From Malassezia furfur (Eukaryota), in assembly GCA_052055015.1 (NCBI GenBank), contig JBQJIT010000008.1: a stretch of 64,000 bases of DNA; one strand, 5' to 3'. Position 1 is the first letter of the stretch. The number at the start of each line of letters is the position of its first letter. Shown piece by piece: positions 21,223 through 32,414 of this stretch. The position numbers and the translations under genes are program-made. The notes below the pieces were generated by a model. That model searched no databases. It was given only the letters and a program-made list of their open reading frames with translations, and had not been told where the DNA came from.

Positions 21223-21322
21223 CTCCCAACGTGGGGCTCGAACCCACGACATTCAGATAACTCCTCGTAACCGAAGAGACTCTTTTAAGAGTCTGACGCT
21301 CTACCGACTGAGCTAGCCGGGA
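21223..21322 (-). tRNA. tRNA-Lys (CTT) with a 27-nt intron
   Basis: Minus strand reads TCCCGGC TAGCTCAGTCGGTAGAGC G TCAGA CT-CTT-A [27 nt] A TCTGA ATGTC GTGGGTTCGAGCCCCAC GTTGGGA G, followed by a poly-T Pol III terminator. Confidence 0.95.
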
Positions 21323-21460
21323 TTTGTTCTGCCCGTACCGGGGCAGTGCCAGGTTATAACGTGTATGTCTAAAAAGTCCCCCGCACGGCTTCCCAGGATC
21401 ATCCGAAGTCCACCCGTTGCGTCCATCCTGTACTTTCTACATACATTCGCGTGTACGTGC

Positions 21461-23380
21461 CTACTCCGAAAGAGACACTGAGTTAGCGGTGAGAACGTAC
21501 TCAGACTTCCGACAAAGGTCAGAATGAGGCGCTGGCGCAGCTCGACAATGTCCTCGGGGACCAGGAAAATCAAGGCACCCAGCTTGCGGGCAATGCTAAT
21601 GGCCAGCTTGGCGTTGAGTTTGCATTCCTCTTCGGTGTCGCCGCGGTGTACCATGGAATAGTCGACGATACCCTTGCGCATGGTGTCGAGCAGGTCCAGG
21701 AAGAACTTGGCATTCGACAGGCTCGGGTCGCGGAACGAACGGACCATGGAGGTCTTGCCTGCCGCCTTGAGCCGGTTGTTGGCCCACTGAAGGATCTCGG
21801 TATCCGACACCGACTTACCGCTGCGCGAGAGCTCAGCGAGCGTCTTGGTAATGTTCATACGCATGATCTGCCACACGAGGCCGAGCGTCAGCGTCTTGGC
21901 GCCATCGGTGATGTCGGCGCCCTGGATGCCCACCAGCTGCAAGTGGTTAGCGCGTGCAATCTCGAGGACATAGTTGGTGTTCTCGACCATCTTGAAACGC
22001 GACAGTTCCTGTCCCTCCTTGGGGCGCGAGACCCGCTTCCAGTTGACCGAGCCCGGGGCGACCTTGTCGAAGGCCTGCACGAGGATGTTGCCGTCCTTCA
22101 GGTCCTCGAACAGGTGGAATACACCCGGCTGGACGTCCAGGCTGTTGAGCCACAGCGTAAACACGCGTGCCTCGCGCTCGCCCTCCGCGTCAAAGTCTTC
22201 CACGTCGAGCGGCGGCGCATCCTCGACCGGGTCCAGCGACGGCCACGTGTTGAAGAGCGTCGCGACAAACGCCAGATTGAGTTTGGGGTTGCCGGCGATC
22301 ATCGAGCCGGGCGTGAGGTACTTGCGGCACCCGATGGCATCGGCGCGCTGCAGCACCATCTCGGCACGCGTCATCAGGTCGGGCTCCTGGAGCGGCCGCT
22401 TGTCGCAGGCGTCCGGCTTGATCTGGTTAAGCAGGACTGTGTAGTTCTCGCCGTCCGACACGTCCTTGGAGAAGTTCGACACGCGGCGGCCCCACTGCGC
22501 GGCCTTTAGGTGGTAATTGAACCAGCGCAGGAGGATCTGGTCGGGGGGCAGCTTGAGAAAGTCGTCGAGCTCCTCGCCCTCTTCGAGCAGGCGGAACAGC
22601 TCTGGGTGGTGCTTGAGATCAATCTTGCTGAGCAGGCCACGGCGCACGATCTGCCAAATCAGACCCAGGATCAGGTGCTCACGGCCGTCGGTGAGGTCCT
22701 GTGCGCCGATGTTGACGACGCTGCACCCGATCGCCTTGGCGGACTGGATGACGACGTTGTTGTTCTCGGTCATCTGGAAGTTGTTGGGTCCCTTGCCGCC
22801 CTTGCCGAAGTTGAGCGCACGCTCGTCGATCGTGTCCGGCACCGCATCGTTGATGAGCTTGCTGAGGATCAGACCGTCGCGGCACTCGTCAAACAGCTGG
22901 AACGTGTCAGTGGGGATGGGGAGCCGTGCGCCAATGTGTGCATCGCCCGCGAGGCTCATGTTGATGTGCCGCGTAAACTCGGAGCGCTCGTCCTCGTTGA
23001 TCGAGTGCTGCGTGGACGCATTGCTGCCGCGCACCGTCACACGGCCCTTGTTCACGACGCCGGCCTCGGCGTTGCTGCCCTTGCGGAGGCGGGCGATGAG
23101 CTGCGTTAGTGGGGTAGCGTACATCGATGTAGTCCTCGACCTCGACGCGCCCGCTCGCATCCAGGTCGACGTCCTTAAGCGTGGCACGGACCTGGTCGTA
23201 GGAGGCCTTCTCGAGGTCCTGCACCTCCTTGACGACCATCTGGCGTTCCAAGCTGCCCTTCCCATCCACGTCCATCTGGTGGAACTTGTTGATGAGGGAC
23301 ATCATCTCCTCCTGGGAGCTGCGTTAGCCGCGCAGGACGCACAATTGCGGATATTTGCGCTGCAACTTGATGGCCTCCAT
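21461..23380 (-). CDS. SAC6: Fimbrin (actin-bundling protein)
   Basis: MEAIKLQRKYPQF.. EF-hand region plus four CH domains (INDAVPDTIDER, LILGLIWQI, EREARVFTLWLNSL, AISIARKLGA); introns 23319-23342 (24), 23101-23122 (22), 21478-21500 (23). Confidence 0.95.
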
Positions 23381-23477
23381 CGTGGGGCTCGTCGCACGGA
23401 CGACGTTCCGTGTGTCCACGTGACCCCTGCAAGGTGGGCGTGCTGCCGAGGGACCACGACGCTGGGCGAGGGGCGTG

Positions 23478-26129
23478 ATGAAGTGTAGGTGGGCGTGCTG
23501 ATGCAGTCTCCCACAGCTTGCAGCTGAACAGCGTCCCCGAATGGTCGGACCGGTATATCAAGTGCGTACATGCGGCTAACGCAGTTACCAGCACCTCAAG
23601 AAGCTCATCTACTCGTTTGAGCGCGCGCAGTACACCGCGAACGACGCCGAGACCGGTACGCACCGACTGGAGAGCGAGTCGGCGCTGCTGCTCGATGCAT
23701 CGCCGTCCGATACGGATGCGTTGTTTGTGCCGCACCTCGATAAGGAGCTGCGCAAGATCGTCGAGTTCTACTGCCTCAAAGAGAAGGAGCTGGCCGACGA
23801 TGTGCGCGTCGCCCACGACCATGTGCGCCTCGCGGAGGAGGAGTATCAGTCGTACCCCTCGGGCGGCGAGTCGGACGGTGAAATGAGCGAGGACCCCGAC
23901 GATGCGGCGCACGAGCCGCCAACGCGGCGCAAGACGCCGTCGTGGTACATGCCGAAACGGCGGCGCTCCATCGTGAGCCAGAGCGACGGCGAGGCACAGC
24001 ACGCGCCAGGCACGTCGCCGTCGACATCGACGACGCTCCTCCCCGCGTACAAGGGGTGGATCAAGACGTTTGGGCGCCGCGGCTCGTTCCGCCGCGGACG
24101 GCGCGCGTCGAGTGTCGACCACCGCGCGGAGGCCGACGAGGCCGGCGCCGGGGGCGCGAGCATGGGCGGGAGCAGCATCGACGAGGCGGGACGGTCCGTG
24201 TGGCTATCGCAGGATGAGTACGCGATCGACGTGCGCATCACGCTCAAGCGCGAGCTCACTGCGCTGTACACGTCGCTATCGGAGCTGCAAAAGTATACCG
24301 AGCTCAACCTCACGGGCATGATCAAGATCCTCAAAAAGTACGACAAGATCACGGGCAGTCAGCTCAAGGACCGGTACGTGGAGCAGGTGGTCAAGGTCAA
24401 GTACCCGTTCCAGCCGACCGCGCACGCACAGCTCGACGCATACCTCGCCGAGGTGCTCCAACTCTACGCAACGGTCGCGACGCGCGGCGACGTCGAGCAG
24501 GCGCAGACGCAGCTGAAGGCACAGCTGCGGGAGGAGGTCGTGTGGCAGCGCAACACGGTGTGGCGTGAGATGATCAACATCGAGCGGCGTGCGCAGGCGG
24601 CGACGCTCGAGGGCCCCGGCATCGGCACGGCGGCCGGCGACCTGCTGGCCAAGGAGGCGCTGCCGCCGCGCGTGCTGCACACCCCGTGTGGCGACGTCCT
24701 GTTGCCTGCCTTCCTGACAACGGGCACGCTGCAGCTGTTTGTGTCGCTGGTGCTGTTTGTCCTGCTGCTCAAGAGCCCGGCGTTCCGCGTGTTTGACGAG
24801 GTGGAGGTTCAGAACTGCTTTGCGATGCTCGTGCTGTGCACCTGCCTGTGGGTCACCGAGGTGATCCCGCTGTTTGTCACCTCGTTCCTCGTGCCGCTGC
24901 TCATCGTGACGCTGCGCGTCGCGCGTGCCGAGCACGACGGCGAGCGGCGGCGCATGACGGCGCCCGAGACGAGCAAGTGGGTGTTCCAGCAGATGTTTGC
25001 GCCGAGCGTCTCGCTGCTGCTCGGCGGCTTTACGCTTGCCGCGGCGCTGTCCAAGTACGGCATCGACAAGGTGCTCGCGACGCGCGTGCTGCGCCTCGCG
25101 GGGACGAAGCCGAGCGTCGTGCTGCTGGCACACATGCTCGTTGCGTGCTTTGCGAGCATGTGGATCTCCAACGTCGCCGCGCCCGTGCTCATGTTCTCGC
25201 TGGTGCAGCCCATTCTGCGCAACCTCCCGCCCAAGTCGCCGTACGCCACGAGCCTGGTCATGGGCATCGCGCTTGCGTCCAACATCGGCGGGCAGACGTC
25301 GCCGATCGCCTCGCCGCAGAACCTCATTGCGCTTGAGTACATGAAGCAGCCGATCGGCTGGCTGCTGTGGTTCTCGATCACGATCCCCGTGTCGGGCGTG
25401 TCGCTGCTCGTGCTTTGGGCGCTGCTCCTCTGGTCGTTTGGGAGCGGCAAAGGCGTCGTGATCAAGCGCATCCCCGAGCCGAGCCACGCGCTGGACAAGA
25501 CGCAGTGGTTCATCTCGGCGGTGTGCATCGGCACGATTGTGCTGTGGTGTGTCGAGCGCAAGATCGAGTGGATCGTGGGCGACATGGCCATTGTCGCGAT
25601 CGTGCCGCTCGTGTGCTTCTTCGGGACGGGGATCCTCACCAAGGAAGACTTTAACAACTTCCTCTGGACCATTGTGTTCCTCGCGATGGGTGGCATTGCG
25701 CTCGGCAAGGGCGTCGACTCCAGCGGCCTACTCTCGGCGCTCGACCAGTTTGTGCAGGCACACGTCGAGGGCCTCCCGCTGTACCGCATCCTCCTCCTGC
25801 TCGTCACCACCGGGCTCGTGGTCGCCACCTTCATTTCGCACACCATCGCCGCCGTGCTCCTCGTGCCGCTCGCGGCGCAGATCGGCGAGAACTTGTCGCA
25901 GCCACACCCACGCCTGCTCATCATGGCCACCGTGTTGACCGCGAGCGCAGCCATGGGCCTGCCCATCTCGGGCTTCCCCAACATGACCGCCATCAACCTC
26001 GAGGACGAGGTGGGGCACCGCTACGTGTCGGTGCGCACCTTCCTGCGCGTCGGCATCCCGGCGAGCCTGCTCGCGACCGCGGTAATCAGCAGCGTCGGGT
26101 ATGCGCTCATGTCGCTGCTCGGTCTGTAG
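23478..26129 (+). CDS. SPX-domain low-affinity phosphate transporter (Pho87/Pho90/Pho91 family)
   Basis: Introns 23485-23506 (22) and 23562-23584 (23) give the SPX start MKFSHSLQLNSVPEWSDRYINYQHLKKLIY; KILKKYDK, SMWISNVAAP, SPIASPQN, ISGFPN motifs. Confidence 0.93.
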
Positions 26130-26159
26130 GTGTCCTTTTTCGGGGTATATATGTACAGA

Positions 26160-27504
26160 CTAAGTTTGCGGGTGTCGGTGTGCGAGCCAGCGTCCCACCA
26201 CTTCGAACGAACCAATCATGATGCCGCACGACGGTGCGACCTTGGCGAGGCGCGGCGTCAGGCCACGGAACGCGCCCGCAATGCCCTCAGATGCAACGAT
26301 GCAGCGCAGCGTGCCGAGCATCGCGCTCGAGGGCCGCGCCGCGCCGGGGGGGTATCGGTGGTTGCGCGACTGCGTCTCGGCCTGCAGGCGCGTCTTGACG
26401 AGGTCAAAGGGGTGCGTCAGGAACGCGGCAACGCTCCCGCTCGTCGCACCCACACCAAACGAGATGCCAAACTCTTGCCAAAACGTCGACGTGTGGCTCT
26501 CGCCAAAACCGGCGCCCGTAAATAGGTACTTGCCACCCTCGTAACCGGTAAAGTAGATCGCCGAGAAGGGCACGTCGCGCCACAGCGTCGCAGACAGCCC
26601 GCGCCACAGTACACTGATGCCGTTCGCCTGCACCTCGCGGTACAGCGGCTCGAGCACCGAGGCGAACGACGAGCGGCCGTGCGACGCCTGCAGCCGCGTG
26701 CGCAGCAGCTCGAGCGGTGTGACCAGCGTCGCCGACACAGAGCGCGACAGTGCGCCCGACACCAGCGACGCACCCAGCACCGGCACACGGAACGTGCTCG
26801 TCGGCACCTCGTCCAGATCGTACGGCATGCCTCCTGGGATCTCGGGAACACACATTTCGTTTTCGTCAAACATCGACGGCACCACGGTGATCGGCGGCGA
26901 GTCGAGCGAGAGCAGCAGCCGCCGGAAGGCATCGTAGCACGTCATGTATGTCACCTGCGATGGCACCGTCATCGCCACGGTCGGCACCAGGCCGCGCCAC
27001 AGACCGCGCCAGCCCTCGGCGCGCAGCACTTTGACGATACCGTCGAGGATGCCGTGCATGCGCTGCTCATGCAGCAGCGTCTCGACCTCGCACACGTGCG
27101 GTGTGCACTTGCCGGGGTACACGCACGCCGCCTGGCCATTGGCCGCGAGCGTCACGGGGAAGGTCGATACGCGGTACGCCGCCGGAGCGCGCGACGACGA
27201 CCACAGCGAGAGGGGGCTGCGCTGCTGCTGCGCGGGGCACGCATGCACTTCGTGCGCAGCGGCGCGCTGTGAAGTAGCCGACTCGGTTGGTGCCTCGGCG
27301 TAGCCGGCGTGCCCGAGATCGTGCTGTGTCTGCAGGCGGGTCTTAACCACATCGAGCGGCGTCACTGCGTTAGCGTGTCCACGTACTTAGCACGGATGTC
27401 GTGAATGCGCCGACAATTGCAGCGATCGCCCGGTCCGTATGTGACATGGTGACATGCGGCGGCCCATCGTCCTGGCCGCCACGCGGCTCGGACTGCTGCG
27501 TCAT
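26160..27504 (-). CDS. MTM1: Mitochondrial carrier, Mtm1/SLC25A39-40 type
   Basis: ATG 27504, 22-nt intron 27365-27386; three carrier repeats PLDVVKTRLQ, PLELLRTRLQ, PFDLVKTRLQ; WRDVPFSAIY, KVAPSCGIMI. Confidence 0.85.
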
Positions 27505-27604
27505 GCTCGCAACTGCCAGGGACGCGAACGGTGCGGTGGCGAGAATTCGCCGTGGTCTTTATGAGGCTTATGTAAGAAGAGCTGCCTCCACCGTGCCCTG
27601 GCTA

Positions 27605-29290
27605 TCAGATAGTCGGATCGGGTGATACGACAGCGCCCGATTCCTCGTCCGCCATCGCCGCGGCGCGCCGCTCGGCACGCCGACGGCCCTTGCCTTCGCG
27701 CCACTTTTCGTTCTTGGCGCTCGCTGAGACGTCGCGGGGACGGCGAACCATCGGCGTGTACTTGGTTGTAGGACGCAGTGCGCCGTTGCCCAGCGGCACC
27801 AGCTGCGCACGCGGCGCCTGCGGCGTCACCAGCGTCGGCACCGGCAGACGCGGCGTGCGCGAAGCCTCGAACGACGTGGATGCGGGTAGCGTCGTCGTTG
27901 CCGTCGTCGCACTCGCGATCGTAAAGTGGCGCAGTAGCTCCGCATGGATCGCCTCACGCGTCCACTGCGCATGCAAATTCGCCGTCGCACGCAGCGTCGG
28001 CGTAAAGTCGAGCGCATCGGCACGCACCACATTCATTGTATCGTTTGCACACGCACGCCACTGCACATCGTCCGCACGGAAGCCACACTCCCATAGCATC
28101 AGCGGGCGGTCCGCAGCCATCTCGTAGCTCGGTTTCGTCTCGTACACGTTCAGCGCCTCGCTCACCGTCGGCAGCCCACGCAGGCGCGCATATCCAGGCG
28201 CGTCGTCGCTAAGCGTCGCAAGTGCCTGTGCCCGATCCTGCGCCGCGGCCCCAGCACGCACGTTCACGAGCTCATCCACGATCGACGGGTCCTCGAGACG
28301 CGCACCGACTAGGAACAGTACCGCCATAATGTTGCGCACCTGGTGGTACAGGAATGCAGAGCCGCGCAGGTTCAGCACATACATCGACTCGGTCGCCTCG
28401 GTGTCGGGCATCACCACTAACGTGTCCTGCGCCGTCGGCCACCCAACCGGGACAGCATCAATCGTCGCGCCGTCGATCCGGCGCACAAAATTGGTGATCT
28501 GCTTGCTCGCATCGACTTTGCACAGGTTGCGGAAATCGTGCTCGCCCAGTAGCCGCGACGCCGCATCGCGCATTCGATCCACATCCAGGCGGTTCGCAAA
28601 CTGCGAGCCGCTCCCGGGCTGCCACGCCAGCGCGCTCGGTGCACCCAGCGTGAAAAAGTACTTGTAGTGCCGGTAGGTGCAGTCAAAGCGCGCCGAGAAG
28701 TCGGCACGCACAGGCGACCACGCCTGGATCCGGATCGACGGCGGCAGGAGCCGGTTGAGTGTAGCGACATAGGGCAGCTCCTCACCCGGGCCTAGACGCT
28801 CCGGTGCAGGCATCTCGGTTGCGTCGCCGGAAAAGTCTCGCAGCGCCCGCTCATCGACGCACCGACTGCGCACCCACAGTGCAATCACTTGGCCGGCAGC
28901 ACTCACACCCGCATCGGTGCGCCCACATCGGCTCCATCCCGCACCCTCCATGCCCTTGGCGGGGTCCACAAGACGCGCGGTACACAGCGCCTCCCATATC
29001 GTCTCTTCCACGGTCGGAAGCGGCGTCACTTGCTGCGTCTGCGCCGCAAGACCAGAATATCGGCTCCCATCGTAGCAGAACCGCAGCGCAATCTTCCGGC
29101 ACGGTTGCGCAGAGACATCAAATGGCCGCGGCGCCTTGGATTTCGGCTTGGCCTCCTCGGTCTCTTCCGAAAACGCGCGCTCAGGCTCCGGCACGGCAAG
29201 GTGCGCGGACGACGCCGACGCTTCCAATTGCGCAATCCGTCTCAACAACTGACTACGGGTCCAGTCACCGTATCGCTCGTAGGCAGTCAT
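27605..29290 (-). CDS. DEG1: tRNA pseudouridine 38/39 synthase (TruA family)
   Basis: KIALRFCYDG..YSGLA, SRCGRTDAGVSAAGQV, FSARFDC.YRHYKYFF, GEHDFRNLCK, GSAFLYHQVR. Confidence 0.9.
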   Translation of the reverse strand: MTAYERYGDWTRSQLLRRIAQLEASASSAHLAVPEPERAFSEETEEAKPKSKAPRPFDVSAQPCRKIALRFCYDGSRYSGLAAQTQQVTPLPTVEETIWEALCTARLVDPAKGMEGAGWSRCGRTDAGVSAAGQVIALWVRSRCVDERALRDFSGDATEMPAPERLGPGEELPYVATLNRLLPPSIRIQAWSPVRADFSARFDCTYRHYKYFFTLGAPSALAWQPGSGSQFANRLDVDRMRDAASRLLGEHDFRNLCKVDASKQITNFVRRIDGATIDAVPVGWPTAQDTLVVMPDTEATESMYVLNLRGSAFLYHQVRNIMAVLFLVGARLEDPSIVDELVNVRAGAAAQDRAQALATLSDDAPGYARLRGLPTVSEALNVYETKPSYEMAADRPLMLWECGFRADDVQWRACANDTMNVVRADALDFTPTLRATANLHAQWTREAIHAELLRHFTIASATTATTTLPASTSFEASRTPRLPVPTLVTPQAPRAQLVPLGNGALRPTTKYTPMVRRPRDVSASAKNEKWREGKGRRRAERRAAAMADEESGAVVSPDPTI

Positions 29291-29396
29291 GATGTGCTTC
29301 GTAGGACCTGTAAAGTAGCAACGACCGGCGCGAACCCCTCGTACACAAACTCCCCACGCCTTCGGCGCTCGAAGCATGCACACCGACTTTTCGTGA

Positions 29397-30995
29397 TCAC
29401 GTGGCGTGGAGTGCACGGTGGAGGATGTCACTTTCTTGTAGCGCGTGGAGGACCACACTGCGGAGCACAGTGGGGTCGGTCTGCACATTGGCCGCGCCAC
29501 GCACCAGGATCGCCCCTGCCTCATCATCATGCGTCGCTGCATAGTTGTTTTGTAGACGCATTGTGCATAAATGTGCAAGACACTGGCGCGCAAGCGCGGT
29601 GGCCGCCGTTGGCTGCCGCTGCTCGGCATCGATGGCCCGTGCGTTGGCACACACCTGGTTGACTAACAGCGACCATCCTTCGACAGGGGCAGCGCGGCAA
29701 GCAAGTACAGCACCAACGAAAAAGCGCCACAGGCACCAGCTTGCGCGGCCCGTCGCATCAAGAAAGAGTGGTCGCTGCTGGTCGCGTGCAAGCTGCAACG
29801 GCACAAAGGCAGCACTGTCCGCGGATGCCGATAACGTCGAATGCTTGGCCGCTGCATCCGCTTGTGCGAAGGTATTGTTCAGATCCAACGAAGTCAAAAG
29901 CTGGGTCAGCCCAGGGGTGTGGGTATCCTGCGTGGCCGTGTAGGCCAAAAAGTGGGCTAGGGTATACTCCAGCTCCCGACGATCAGAGGGCAAGTCTGGC
30001 GACCAACTGCAGCGATCGTACAGTGTTTTGCTGCCCAAAACAAACCCATATTGACAAAGGAGCTCGGCATTTCCTAGCTCTCCGTATGTATTGATTAACT
30101 CGTCGTCGGCGTCGATGTCCTCGATGCAACGCACATCGACTGTACTGGAGGTCGTTGTTGAGGCCACGGAGCGGCAACTGCCAAGATGCACCATGCCACA
30201 GTAAATGCAGACATTCTCCTCTGCCTCAACATGAACATTGTGCATATCAGTATGGTTGAACAAGTCCGCAATGGGTACCATACACAATCCAAGTGAGATT
30301 CGACTAACGTACCCATGAAAGACATTCACCACAAATGCGCGACTCGAAACCAGGGTAAATGCATTTACAAAGTCATTAAAAGAAACACCGGAAGTGGCAT
30401 GTTTCACAATATGAGCACCATACCGGTTCCAATACGACTCCAGCCGCCGCTGCGTTAGTCGAGAACCTACCAAAGAATAACCCGGTTTCAGATGTTTGTC
30501 TGCATTCCAAAACTGGGACGCACGTTGTATGTTGCGCCATGCCTCGGTCCCAGAAAACCACACATAGCCATCCCAGTGTGTTGGCCAGCACAACGGAAGC
30601 GAAACATACCGTGGGAGGCTTTGGATGTACCCATGGAACTTTGACGCCTTCCCCAGATGCCGCTCGTAACTGAGGCAGAGTGCCAGATGCAGCGCGTCAT
30701 CTTTGCATTCCGATGTGACCATTTTAAAGATTGGATTTTGACTGAGCATACTGCTCCTGATTGAGAGAAGCGCGGCGCTCGTGACCCAAGCCACTAGGTA
30801 AGATGCGCACATACCGACATCGTTTCGTGCAATTCCTTCCTTGGCTCGCACGGTCCATGATCCTGGGCCAGCATTCCATTCCAAATCCTCGTCTGCTTCA
30901 GGATCTGGTGGTACTTGGACGACTGCTATGCGATCGTCGAGGATTACGCCTCGTTCATCGCACCATTCCAGCAGCGCTGCCAAGCTCGGACCCAT
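29397..30995 (-). CDS. SET-domain protein lysine methyltransferase (Rkm/SETD-like)
   Basis: SSRAF...MVPIADLFNH, CxxCG insert, ELINTYGELGNAELLCQYGF; in-frame intron candidates 30794-30814, 30450-30470, 30289-30312, 29481-29504. Confidence 0.85.
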   Translation of the reverse strand: MGPSLAALLEWCDERGVILDDRIAVVQVPPDPEADEDLEWNAGPGSWTVRAKEGIARNDVGMCASYLVAWVTSAALLSIRSSMLSQNPIFKMVTSECKDDALHLALCLSYERHLGKASKFHGYIQSLPRYVSLPLCWPTHWDGYVWFSGTEAWRNIQRASQFWNADKHLKPGYSLVGSRLTQRRLESYWNRYGAHIVKHATSGVSFNDFVNAFTLVSSRAFVVNVFHGYVSRISLGLCMVPIADLFNHTDMHNVHVEAEENVCIYCGMVHLGSCRSVASTTTSSTVDVRCIEDIDADDELINTYGELGNAELLCQYGFVLGSKTLYDRCSWSPDLPSDRRELEYTLAHFLAYTATQDTHTPGLTQLLTSLDLNNTFAQADAAAKHSTLSASADSAAFVPLQLARDQQRPLFLDATGRASWCLWRFFVGAVLACRAAPVEGWSLLVNQVCANARAIDAEQRQPTAATALARQCLAHLCTMRLQNNYAATHDDEAGAILVRGAANVQTDPTVLRSVVLHALQESDILHRALHAT

Positions 30996-31048
30996 GAGAA
31001 GGAGTGGTGGATGTGGAGGCAATTGGACACATTTACGCAGTTGCGATC

Positions 31049-31492
31049 ATGTCGTCCAGCAAGACGGTGTACGTTGGTACGTGCTTGCCTTAACGCTCAG
31101 GCGGGATCGACAAGGACACAACGGAGGAGCTCCTCTACCAAGCATTCGTGACATTTGGAGAGATCAGTGACATCCAGTTGCCACGCGTTTCAGAAGGAGG
31201 TAGGTTTCTGACGCTCATGCAGCATCCGCAAATCGAGGGTTTGGATTCATCACCTTCTCGCAAGAAGAAGAGGCGGAGGACGCGATCGATAATATGCACC
31301 TGAACGAGTTCCGTGGCGTACGTTTGAATCTAATGCAGAATGTCATTACGGTCAATGCAGCCAAACCCCACAAAATCCAGACTGCCGATCCATGGCGGCC
31401 AATTTGGGAGACCGAGGTACGTTTCAATGCTAACGCAGGAATGGATCAAAGAATACGGGGCCACAAACAAGAGCGAAGAAGAGAGTCGGTGA
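31049..31492 (+). CDS. Small RRM protein resembling the RRM of cyclophilin E (PPIE), without a PPIase domain
   Basis: Introns 31077-31100, 31200-31222, 31318-31338, 31417-31438 give KTVYVGG...AFVTFGEISDIQLP...RGFGFITF...AEDAIDNMHLNEFRG..VNAAKP...PIWETEEWIKEYG. Confidence 0.8.
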
Positions 31493-31537
31493 TGTAGTGA
31501 TAGTGTTGCACAGCTGGTATACTATCGATTATGGATA

Positions 31538-32312
31538 TTACAGAAGGCGGTGAATGTCGTCATTCTCCAGATCCGCCAGCATCTTGGCATCGTACTTTCC
31601 ATCCTGGCGTGGCTGGTCGAGAAGACTCTGCCACCACTTGAACAGGAACTCGTTCACAATGAGCTTGAACCAAGGCGTGAAAGCCGATGCTGCGTGAGTG
31701 AAAGACGTACGATCCAGTTCATTCATGAGTGTCTTGAGCTCGTCCATCGAGACCCACTTAACGTCACACACTTCATTAGGGTTCACATTGAGTGTAACAG
31801 GCGTGGTCAAGAAAAGAATGTAGTCGACTGTGGTCAGTCGGAGAAAGCAACGCACCTTCGTGTTCACCCCACAGACCATCACTCGGTGCCATGTAATGAA
31901 TGCGTGTGAGGAACTGGATGTCCTTCACATTCACTTGGTCCAGGGGAATGCCAAGCTCGTGCTCGAGCTTCCGCCGCGCCGCGTTCTTGGCACCCTCCTT
32001 GTCGTCCAATTCGGAACGCACCGCCAGCGGGTGGGAGCAGCAGGTGTTCGTCCACATATTCGGGAACGTGATTTTCTCTGGAGCGCGGCGCTGAAGGAGC
32101 AACTTGCCCGTAGACGGATCAAAGAGGAACATGGAAAACGCGCGATGCAAGAGGCCCTCGCGAATGTTGGTCATTAGGTGGCACTCCTTCTTGCTGCCGT
32201 CGCGCACAAAATTGTCGTCGTTATCCACAACGATGCAGCGCTCCTCCATGAGGCGGATCTGCTCCTCATCGTGTCCCTGAAGAGAGATGTCCTCCGCTGT
32301 CGCACCGTTCAT
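31538..32312 (-). CDS. IDI1: Isopentenyl-diphosphate delta-isomerase
   Basis: [51 protein letters not shown]; introns 31828-31855 and 31690-31710. Confidence 0.95.
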
Positions 32313-32414
32313 GATCGCAATCCTTAATGAGAACGTCGCGCCGTAATCAGGCGAGGTATATGTCACGTGCACCACATGGTATGTGCCGTGCGCGCCTGGT
32401 CACTCTGCTTGACC

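Noticed and set aside
21371..21400. AAAAGTCCCC resembling the RNase MRP/P CR-I motif
   Set aside because: Only about 140 nt are available between the tRNA and the SAC6 stop, and no matching CR-V partner was seen.
21313..21460. Extended fimbrin C-terminus in the ORF track running into the tRNA
   Set aside because: Artefact of the unspliced 23-nt intron 21478-21500; the spliced CDS stops at 21461.
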